In this document: in pieces, positions 1 to 10,200 of the stretch
Layout of the letters: each line of letters begins with the position of its first letter
Numbering within the stretch: position 1 is the stretch's first letter
Translations under genes and position numbers: made by a program
From: Carcharhinus longimanus
Taxonomy: Eukaryota
Assembly: GCA_030264375.1 (NCBI GenBank)
Contig: JASCQW010000112.1
Span: 40,907,899 to 40,971,898, forward strand
Direction: 5' to 3'
Length of the DNA stretch: 64,000 bases
The notes under the pieces: model-generated
What the model saw: the letters and a program-made list of their open reading frames with translations, nothing else
What the model was told of the DNA's origin: nothing
Databases searched by the model: none

Positions 1-77
1 ACCCCTTGATCGCCAGCCATTCTCTCACCCCTTGATCGCCAGCCATTCTCTCACCCCTTGATCGCCAGCCATTCTCT
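1..77. repeat. 26-bp tandem repeat (ACCCCTTGATCGCCAGCCATTCTCTC, ~3 copies), degenerating to ~160; may extend left of the window
   Basis: Units start at 1, 27 and 53; degenerate CCAGCCATTCT-like copies follow. Confidence 0.9.
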
Positions 78-3000
78 TCCCATTCCCCATTCTCAGCGAT
101 TCTCTCTGATTCCCAGCCATTCTTTCCCCCACCCCCCACCATGATCTCCAGCGAGTTGCTCCCCAGGTTTAGGTAAAAACGGGGGAGCTCCAGTCTTTTT
201 ATCTAGCTTGTGATATCCCTATTACGGAAAGTGTTTAATGCTAATAAGATGTGTTGTCCAGTACAGACATAAATATTCAACAAAAGAATGTAAAGGAACC
301 TCAATGTATTTGTAGATTGCCAAGAAAAGAGATAACACTCAGTGGAAGTAAAATCCTTTACAAGTCAAATGGATTGACTTTAGCATTTCATTTTCCTCCA
401 CTGAAAAGTAATGTATGTCTGTACCAAATGTGTATATTTTCTGATTACATTATTTATAGCTCTTTACAAAGGTGATCACCTTCTTGAAAACTCCTTATAG
501 AGAATAATGAATATGCAAGTTGTCTAGATCCAAAACAAAAGATATTGTAATGTCAAGTTAAAGAGCTAACCAGATGTGTTAACTATAACTTCATAGAAAA
601 TTGATATATTTTGGCACATGGAAAAAGCTATTGTTCTGTGACTTGAGTGATTATTCTAATTGATTTGTGTTCTTCTTTAGTCACTGGGTCAATGAATAAT
701 AACTGTTACTTTTAAACAGAGGCTTTTATGATGGACACACAAAATGGGACAATAGCCCCATATTCACAGGCAAATAACAGATATTATTGTGCCACTTTAG
801 TGCTAAGTCTACTGCCCATTGCACATTAAGAATGAGGTTTAGATTAATCTAATTCATTTTAATTTAGGGTCTTGCTCCTCGCATAATGAGGAAACTTCTG
901 TTGCAGCTGACTGAGAATAATTTGAAATGAGTTCTTAAAGGTAAAGATGATCTCCTAATGTACTTGGTACCCAATAGCCTAACAATGGAACTAGTATCAT
1001 AATAAAAGTTAAAAATGGTTTTAAAATGCATTTAAATAATTTTTAACTTTAAATTAAGTAACAGAAACATTTCCATATGCTTTACTGTATCATTAGATCA
1101 AACTTTCCAATTTGATATGAATTACATATGTTTTAATTTGACCTGTAAGTTTAATTATTTACAGCTGTTAAGGGGATGTTCAACATGTCTGCCAAAACCC
1201 TGCTAACTGTATGATTAAAAATAGATTCTGTACTGGCCACAACTTTAAAAAAAATTGGGGTTAACATGGGTGAACATATGTGTGTATACATATTCATTTT
1301 TTTCAAGGCTAGTTGTATTCTTTTTTCGTTTACTTTCCAAAATGTCTTTATCTGTTGCACCACATAGGACATTTTTAAATGTTTATGTAAAGGATCGATT
1401 TTTAGTGCAAATCAACACAGAGGGGAACAAAGTTTGGTAAATACTTTTAAAGAAACTTTTTTTTTAACCACTTGCTAGTAATAAAAATCTCTGTAATGTA
1501 CATGTCTAAAATTTTATTTTTGGGCAGGAAGTAAACAAAGCAGAGAATCATTAATTATCCGTCTCGGCATTTACTATGTCTACTAAAGTAGGGATTGTGC
1601 AGATTCTACTCTGCTTCTCGTTTCACTCGCAGTGTCAGTGTTGGGCAAGGTGACTTAGAAGGGGTCTATAGTCCAGTAGCAATGATCGTTAAATAGGTAT
1701 GACACAGAAAACCCAATGTGATACCTAGATAGCATTCTCTAGATGATCAATCCTTAGGAATTGCGAGTGAATAGCGCAAAATAACATTGTTACTTTAAAA
1801 AAAATCTGTTTAAATGAGGTCGCATCAGATACTTTTGAAATGCACGTCATTGTCCCATCCCTTCGAGGGGCGGGTAGTGGTCGAATGGTTTTAGATGAAT
1901 GATATTTCTGAAATATCTCACCTCAAAAGCTCAGCTACATAATGACTTCTGTGTCATAACTCTGCCCCATTTTCAGTTCTGTATAAATTATAATTCTGCA
2001 TCGAGAATTGCAAAGTGTGTTTAAAAATCGTAGGCACATGTTAATGGAAACTGATAATGTGTTGATAAATCACTAAATATTCTGTCGAGACAAGACCCTT
2101 TAAGATGGGCTTTCCATTTATGTGATATTTAAGATCCGAGAAACATGCTTATGTTTTTTTAAATTCAGAATGGAGAACAAACAATTCTCATTAGTCATTT
2201 TGAATTAATGTAGACCTGTATGATTATGGCAAATATTTAAATTGTGCTTTTCAGTGAAGGGTCCGAATTCAGTGTCCGAATTTCAATTGTACAACTAAGA
2301 TGCTCAAATACTGAACCGTTATAACATTTTTAAAAACGTTGTCGATTTGTTAGTTTTAGCAGTAGGTACGTATTATGAAAAAAATTGAAGTTGTATTTAC
2401 ACTGGTTAAAATAGCGAGCTTTACGAGGAGGGGAATGAGTGGGTGCTACACGGATCATTTCTTTTATGTGGAATCGGGTGGAGAAGGGATGTATTGTGAT
2501 TCAAGCTCGATTAGTGAAGCGCTAAAGAAATTAATTTTAGTATCGGAATTATTTTAAATGAAAAAGTTGAAAACAATCTATAACATAAGTAGTGAATGTT
2601 CGTAAAGTATGGATTTGTTTCCTTGTTCATTGAATTGAAATAAGGGGAAATCAAATACAAGTTTTAAGATTTTTTTCCCACTTGGCTTTGTTTTTGTTCA
2701 TTTTTATATTCCTATTTAATAGCCATTACAAGTTGAGTTAAATTTTACATTTATTAAACAGTAACCAAACGGTTATGTTTATTTCAAAGTGCTGACGTAG
2801 CCTTCGAAGTTGATGGCCCACATCCATATTAATGATTAAACCATACTGGAAAAACAAGCAGCGCCTCCCTCACCTCGGGGCACGCACCATCGGGCAACTA
2901 CTTTCATAAAAAGTAAATAGAAGCATTTATTGGGAGAGAGCTTATCGTTTTAGATTGCCGTTTTGCACATAGCAGATTGCACAACAGGAAACTGACAGGG

Positions 3001-3388
3001 GGTTAGATGTGGGTGGATGTTGCATAATTATTTGGCTCGATAGTGACCGAGTTTTTAAACCTCTATGCAATGATTTAATACTTTTCTGACGTTACGATGA
3101 CTCGTTTTTACCATTTTCACAGAAAGCCTGGCCAAAAACGCTCGGTTTGAGTTTGTTTAGTTTTGAAATGCTGAGATTGTAGTGCTAAGATACTCACCCC
3201 CTTGCATTAGTTTTGGGGCGATCTTAAAAAAAAGTCTTGTAATGAATAGATTGCTATTAAACTGAGAGTGGAGAAAGCAGAGGAGCTGGATGAGTGCAGT
3301 ATTAGTGCAATGTGCTGGCTCTGAGTGACTTGGTGCAAAAGGGATGGGGAGTTGCGACATTCTGAGGGGACTGAAATAGAACAGGCCC

Positions 3389-3405
3389 TGACGTCATGGG
3401 GCGGA
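3389..3405. promoter_or_regulatory. Full CRE palindrome with adjacent GC box, ~0.93 kb upstream of the IRF2BPL ATG
   Basis: TGACGTCA at 3389-3396, then GGGGCGGA at 3398-3405. Motif match only; function is inferred. Confidence 0.5.
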
Positions 3406-3924
3406 ACTGGAGCTGCAGCTGGGGGTGGGGGAGTAGGACCTTGACTGATCTCACATACCCACTATTTAAATATGCATTTTATACAGTAACTACTCTATTG
3501 TTATGTGTTCAGTCTTTATGACGGTCAAAGGAGATCCTTTTATCGCAAGTTTTGTTTCTCGTCATTAATACTTAGCCCGATGTTGCAGTCGGGGAAGCCA
3601 GGCCAATTGCTCAGCAAAATGAATGTTATTTCTGTGCTGTCTTGGCCCTGCCTGGGATTGCGTCGTTTAGCTGAAGTCTAGGATTTAAAATGTAATTGCT
3701 GAGCTGGTGTCTCATTTTGCCTTTAAGTACAACTTTTACCTTTTGGTTGTAGAAGGGATTAGGAGAATGTTTCAGCAACGCAACTATTTTAATAAGCATT
3801 CCCCTAATGTGCTTTGGTAACTGAAGTATTAAAATGGAAAGTTTCTAGCATTCATTTTGAAAATATTGTTGTTAGAGGACCTCTTCCACTACTACCGCGT
3901 GTTCAATGACTTGGTGTATCGGAC

Positions 3925-4324
3925 TGAGTCACGTTCAGAGTAATTGGGCTGAGAGCCCCATGCTGGCTGGGGAAGGCTACGGCTGCGCACTGGCAGCGGG
4001 GCTGGGGAAGTCGCGCCTGCGCACTGGCGGCGGGGGAATCCCCCACCTTGGCAGGTTTCCTTGTGNNNNNNNNNNNNNNNNNNNNNNNNNNNNNNNNNNN
4101 NNNNNNNNNNNNNNNNNNNNNNNNNNNNNNNNNNNNNNNNNNNNNNNNNNNNNNNNNNNNNNNNNCTGCGCACTGGCGGTCTGCAGCGCGGCGCTGACGT
4201 CACGCGGCGCTCGGAGAAGCTGGGTGGCGCGAGCGGGAGGTGAGGAGAAAGCGGAGAGCGGAGCAGGAGAAAGGCGAGCGAGGCAGCCCGGGCCCAGCCA
4301 CTCAACCCCCAACGCCTTCGCACC
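3925..4324 (+). promoter_or_regulatory. GC-rich proximal promoter/5' UTR of IRF2BPL
   Basis: AP-1 site TGAGTCA at 3925-3931; CTGCGCACTGGC at 3983, 4017 and 4166; CRE TGACGTCA at 4195-4202; Kozak-like CACCATG at 4321-4327. Interrupted by an N gap at 4066-4165. The TSS cannot be placed. Confidence 0.6.
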
Positions 4325-6070
4325 ATGTCCGCTGCACAGGTCTCTTCGTCCCGGAGACAGTCGTGTTATCTCTGCGATCTGCCCCGCATGCCGTGGGCCA
4401 TGATCTGGGATTTTACCGAACCTGTGTGCCGGGGTTGCGTCAACTACGAAGGGGCCGATCGCATCGAGTTTGTTATCGAGACGGCGCGGCAACTGAAGCG
4501 GGCTCATGGCTTCCAGGAGGGCCGCTCTCCGGGGCCGCCCCCTGTCAAAGTGCAGTCCTTGGGAGGCAGCAAGGAGGCGGCTCAGCAGCTCAACCACGTC
4601 GACGGCTCGTCCAAGGCGCCACAGCCGCCTCTCGATCGCTACTCCCTGAGCGAGAGACCGCGCTTCGAGTATCCGAGCCTCGCCCACGCTGGCAGGCTTC
4701 CCAATGGCCTGAACGGACCCAATGGATTCCCCAAACCCGAGGACATACCGCCGGAACTGAACCGGCAGAGTCCCAACTCATCGCGGAGAAATCACGGCAT
4801 CGTACCCCCGGGCCCGGTCACTGTGCCGCCCAACCTGCTGCCTCAGACCACCTTAAACGGTCCGTCCGCAGGAACCTTGGCCCCGCACGGGCTGCTCGGC
4901 CGGCCGTCACCTTCCAGCAGCCTGGCTGGCACATCAGTGACGGTCAGCAGCCAGGTGCTGAGCGATGTAAACAAGCGGCCGGGCTCGGTATCCAGCAGCG
5001 ACCAGGAGCGGGAGCTGAAGGAGAAGCAGCGGAACGCCGAGACCCTGGCCGAGCTGGGTGAGAGCCTGAGGAACCGCTCGGAGGACTGGGCCAACAAGCC
5101 CAAAATCGTGCGGGAGACGCTTCTCACCCTGTCCAACTGCAACCCCTTCGATGTGCGCTTCAAGAAGGATCACTCTCTGCTGGGCCGGGTCTTCGCTTTC
5201 GACGCCGTTTCCAAGCCCGGCATGGACTTCGAGCTGAAGATCTTCATCGAGTACCCGAGCGGCTCGGCCAATGTCTTCTCCAGCGCCTCCGGGGTGGCCA
5301 AGCAGATGTACCAGGACTGTATGAAGGATTTCAGCAGAGGCCTATCGTCAGGCTTCAAGTACTTAGAGTACGAGAAGAAACATGGTTCGGGGGACTGGCG
5401 CCTCCTGGGTGACCTCCTGCCCGAGTCAGTGCGTTTCTTCAAGGAGGTGGTGGGGGCCGACATGCTGCCGCAGCCCCACATCGACGCCAATTGCCCCATC
5501 TTACCCACTGCCCTGTGCAACATGCCGCGCCCCCCGCCCAACAGTTCCAGAACTGGGATGCGCAAGCGGAAAGCGTCCCCCGAGCCCGACTCGGACGCGG
5601 GCAGCGTGAAGCTGGAAGAGCGGCAGCAGCAATGGCTCTCTAACCAGAACGAAGCCTTAAAGCTCACTATGGCGGTATCCGGCAGCTTCGGGGCAGGCGG
5701 CGTGCCGCACGGTGGTTCCGCTCTACCACCCAACCGGACCACCCCCCCCGAGTGCAGCACCCAGAATGGACAGTCCCCCATGGCCGCCCTCATGTCCGTG
5801 GCTGACACCCTCGGGAATGCCCACTCGCCAAAGGACAGCAGCAATTCCGTACATTCGACCACGAGTACCAGCACCAGGAGGAACAGCAACAGTCCNNNNN
5901 NNNNNNNNNNNNNNNNNNNNNNNNNNNNNNNNNNNNNNNNNNNNNNNNNNNNNNNNNNNNNNNNNNNNNNNNNNNNNNNNNNNNNNNNNNNNNNNGTCCG
6001 GTGTCCCCGGCCTCAGGGGGCGGCCAGCGCCGCATGGTGTCCAGGAACGGGGATGCTGCTCTGTCCGTGG
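3960..6070. other. CpG island covering the promoter and most of the IRF2BPL CDS
   Basis: Abrupt switch from AT-rich, CpG-poor flanks to GC-rich, CpG-dense sequence; boundaries judged by eye. Confidence 0.8.
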
Positions 6071-6411
6071 CCCCTCCTAACAACCATCCCAATCCCAGCA
6101 TAGACCCCGTTCATCCCCCAAACATTCCAGACTCACCGATGGCCAACAACGGGCCCCTGTGCTGCACCATTTGTCATGAACGTTTGGAGGATACTCACTT
6201 TGTGCAATGTCCATCAGTGCCCAATCATAAATTCTGTTTCCCATGCTCTCGGGAGAGCATCAAGGCTCAGGGGGCGAATGGAGAAGTTTATTGCCCCAGT
6301 GGAGAAAAATGCCCTTTAGTAGGTTCAAATGTCCCTTGGGCATTCATGCAAGGAGAGATTGCTACAATCTTAGCAGGGGACGTAAAGGTCAAAAAAGAAA
6401 GAGACCCATAA
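4325..6411 (+). CDS. IRF2BPL: Interferon regulatory factor 2-binding protein-like (EAP1), single coding exon, 660 aa after removing the spurious gap (join 4325..5895,6000..6411)
   Basis: The N-terminus [62 protein letters not shown] (IRF2BP C4 zinc finger), the middle domain [23 protein letters not shown]...[23 protein letters not shown], the [12 protein letters not shown] and the C3HC4 RING (6160-6312) ending [11 protein letters not shown] match vertebrate IRF2BPL as I recall it. The start MSAAQVSSS and end KKERDP fit IRF2BPL rather than IRF2BP1/2. Confidence 0.97.
5896..5995. other. 100-N assembly gap inside the CDS with overlapping flanks (true size about -4)
   Basis: Left flank ends ...AACAGTCC and right flank starts GTCCGGTG; merging GTCC gives in-frame N-S-N-S-P-V-S-P-A. 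Confidence 0.9.
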
Positions 6412-7275
6412 TTTTTAACTTCAGTAATTGAAGTAAAATGTGAATAAGAACTAAAAAGTTAGTCTTATGTATAGACATTTTTCATTTCCGTCGTATGTTT
6501 CTATATTTTGAAACAAGGTATGTACTCTTCTTCATTTGAAGGATGAACCTGGTTTTGTTTAAAGAATATCAGATATTATTGCTTAATACTGTTTTCACTT
6601 ATTGAGGCAGTGTGTTGGCTAGGTACAAAATCATAGCACTTAGCAATTAACGCTGCTGGTGTGTTTTTGTAAATGTATGCACTTCGCTGAATTGCCAAGG
6701 CCAGTGTTGACGTCTGCAGAAATGCAAACAAATTGTTACAAAGAATGGTCACAGTTAGTTATGTTACACGCCCTGGAGATAGTCTCCTACAAAGTGACTT
6801 TTTTAAAAAGGTGAGGGGTTCTTTTTATTAGTTTCCAAGGGCAAAATATTTCATTTTATGATTCAGTGATCTGAATTTTTTATAACTTTTTTTGCTTTAT
6901 GGATGCACGAATGCTTTAAATAGTAGAGCAAAATGCTGTACTGTATATGACAAAACTGCTCTGTTTGTTCTTTATACATTTCTGTAGTAACAGAAGACTG
7001 TAATGTGCCTTGGAGCTGAATAAATTGTAATAAATTCGATGAATAAGCTCCCTGACTAGTCAATTTCTTTACAGACTGTAGGAAATGTGAACAAATTGGA
7101 TGTGAATACCTATGAGAAAATGGCTGCTTTATTGCTTTAAAAGTTACATTACTGCAATCGCTGTCAGATGTCATTCTTATAATTAATTAAATAAATACTA
7201 TCATTGCAATATTTACTTATTTTGGCAAAGAGCCCACATATTTATAAATCACCTGAATGCTTCAAAAATAAACTG
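6412..7275 (+). promoter_or_regulatory. Probable IRF2BPL 3' UTR with candidate polyadenylation signals
   Basis: AT-rich sequence after the stop; AATAAA at 7019-7024, 7029-7034, ~7190 and ~7267. The true 3' end is unknown. Confidence 0.55.
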
Positions 7276-10200
7276 CTGATTCAGGTTTTCCCATTCACTT
7301 TTTTTGCTGGACTAAAACCTGATGAGTTCCACTGAAACAAAATATGAAATAATTGTTCTGAGATTAAAGGCACTTTAAAGTGATCGAATGTTACTGTGTG
7401 AAATCAATGGCAGTTAGTTAACTGTAGTGGTCCAGGTAATTGTAACAAGTTTGAACACAGATGTTAAGACCAAAAAGCAGCTGTATCATTTTGAGCTGAT
7501 GAAAGCAAGGGCTGTGGTGCTGGTACAGGGAACTGTATCCTGCATTCTATGCAGCAAATCCCTGGTCTGAGTAAAAATGCTTTTTAAATTCATCTCTTCA
7601 AATCATATGCACTTTAAAACCAGCCATTTGATATTTATTGATGTTGAAAAACATTCTTCTGATACAAAAAAAACTATTTCCTTGCCTTTTACACATTTGC
7701 AATGCTTACACTTCTGATAGTTTGTCCTAATGTATGATCTCAAGTTATGTTTCCACAGTGTACATGTTAAGCAACTCGATGCAGTAGGTACTGCAACTGG
7801 ACTGCTGCAGTTAATGTTTTCTTAGTGTGCACAATTGAATTTAAATATCTGAAAAATGCACTTTCCTTGAACATTGAAATATTTGAAGTACTCATTTCTC
7901 ACTTTCAAAATATTAATGGTGAAAATAAAAGAGGAATTTGGTGTGAACATGGACTTAATTAACTGGCGATATAGTGTGATATTTTTGTTTTTATTTGTTT
8001 TGAATCAACCTTTTTGCATCTTTATCCCAAAGCTAAATTCTGTCACTTTTAATTGAAGGAATAGGGAAATGTGATGAGAGCTGAAGTGTGTTTTTGGATT
8101 TTTTTAATCAAGCCCATTATAAGCATTTTATCAATATATAACAGAACCCTCTGTACTGTAACCTAACAATTTCACTTTGGTATTAATAGTTCATTATTTT
8201 TGCTATTGCTGCTGAGCTGCATATAAGTGATTAACAGCACAAATTAAGTTCCTTAATGGAAAAGCTGATACTATTTTCAAAGGATAACTGAACCCTATTT
8301 GATCTTTAATCGAGGGCTGGTGCATTCAAGATTTATAGCTCCAGACTTGTTTGTTTATACAGCTGTTCTTCATCTGAAGATTTTGATTCTGAAGGTACAA
8401 AGTTGGGAGTTATTTTTATATTTTAATTACAAGGATTTTAATAGTTATTGTTGATGTTTGATAAGGCATTTTGCTTATAGCCTTGATCTTGGCCCCTGCC
8501 AAATTATATGTTCTCACAATACGGTCTAGGTAATAAATTCCAGTAACGTTTTAAACAATAGTATAATCTAAATAATTTACTAACGACCATATTTTAAGTT
8601 TGTTTTTCAAATTTTCTAATAATTGAATGTAGAGCAGATCCGGAGAGGGTGTTGCCTATCCGTTTTCTCCACCACCAATACTAAAGCTGAAATCTTCACT
8701 TTGATATGCACAAGATCATTTGAAATGGATCTTTCCGCTTTCTAATGCCTTGGTGCTGCATCATCCTGAACATATTCTTGACTAAATACTCTTTGATAGA
8801 TTTAAAAATATTATTGGGTTTAAGATTTGGATAGTCTTAAAACTTGGGAAATGATGCATTATCTTTATTATTATTTGAACCAGGAGTATTTTTGTTCTAA
8901 TGTATGTTTATCCATTTGCCATTCTATTTCACATTTATCATTGTAAACAAAAATTCTGTAGTATTCCAAATGATCCCAGTCCTGCAAGGAGCAAAGCATA
9001 CATTATACAGCATTAACTGAGTACTGAAGCATCAGAAAAATACTGTAGAGGGGTAATAGAATTATTACTTGGTTTAGAATTTTTATATCTAAAAAGATGG
9101 GGTTGAGGAGCAAAATACCTAAAGGAACAATGAGTGTAAAAAGTTGGCCCAATATTTGTGCAATTAAATTTATATATTTAACAAAATATACTCTGTTGGT
9201 ATGTGCAAGTCTGTTACATAAGAGTTAAGTTTTTAAAATGACCTATGCTGCAAAAGCAATTAATAAAAGCAATCATCAGGACAGACAATTATAAAGTTTG
9301 TGGGGATGGGGGGGGGAATGCTCAATTAGGAAGAGTTGATGGTACAGAGAGAAGCCAGACAGTATCAGGATATGTTTAAGTATCAAGCTGTAGAAATTAA
9401 AAAAGAAAGGTCCTTAGGACATTTAATGAAGTGTTTCATGCCAATCCAATTGACAAGCAGACTTTTAGATCTGAAGTGTTTTGGGTCTGGCCTGATGGTT
9501 TTAAGAGTAGAAAATAATAAGATTTTTAGATGTTGCCAAGGATGGACCAGCTGAATCCACTCCATGACGTGCTGTTTGCCGTAGAGGAATTAATATTGTT
9601 CCAATCAATGGAAAGTGAACTTCAAAACTCAAAGTTCACTGATACAGAATATTATCTAATACTTGGGTTCATTGCAGCATTTTATGGATCGGTTGATCAG
9701 AGTGAGAATTAATTTCTCTTCAAACTAACAAGCAATCTGTATATAGTATATCTGAAGTACTGAGGCTACTGCATCTGTCTGCAGTTGCTTACTAGAACAC
9801 CTGATATTCCAAGCTTGGCAGTTAGTGTATCATTTACTCTTTGACATGTAGGNNNNNNNNNNTTAAGAAATTTTATTGTGCTTTTCAGACTGTAACATGC
9901 TGTTGCTTAAGAATTATGAGAGGGTTATTCTGTGTGCTCTCTTGTATGTATCCTCAAATTAATTTAGTGATAATCAACTTTACTGATATTTGATGGCATT
10001 ACTTAACTCCAACTGTATTGACATCTAATATAAGTAATTTTGCTAACTAGAGTAAATGTGCTGGGGTTACACTAGAAGTTGCTTAGTTGTAAATGCCGAT
10101 TAAAATTAATTTTATTCAAATATTACTGTTCAGCAAACAACATAAAACACTTCCAAGAGAAAGGTAAATGGATGTTTCATTTGAGATTTAAACAAATGTT

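Noticed and set aside
1-77. CRISPR-like repeat array
   Set aside because: Head-to-tail repeats without spacers in vertebrate DNA; no cas genes.
3906-4403. Upstream ORF overlapping the IRF2BPL start
   Set aside because: It crosses a gap of unknown length and its ATG may lie upstream of the TSS, so the frame cannot be established.
3892-6101. Long alternative-frame and antisense ORFs overlapping IRF2BPL (3977-4687 -, 4240-5061 +, 5170-5889 -, etc.)
   Set aside because: Expected stop-poor shadows of a GC-rich CDS; several run through Ns, some lack an ATG start, and none shows a recognisable domain.
6001-6411. Separate 136-aa RING protein, and the alternative C-terminus [11 protein letters not shown]... 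of the 592-aa ORF
   Set aside because: Both are products of the false gap; 6001 is an internal GTG (Val) of IRF2BPL.
7281-7365. Hammerhead-like CTGATGAG-TTCCACT-GAAAC downstream of the gene
   Set aside because: I could not build stems I and III with a valid cleavage triplet; AAAACCTGA instead pairs with TCAGGTTTT upstream as a plain hairpin.
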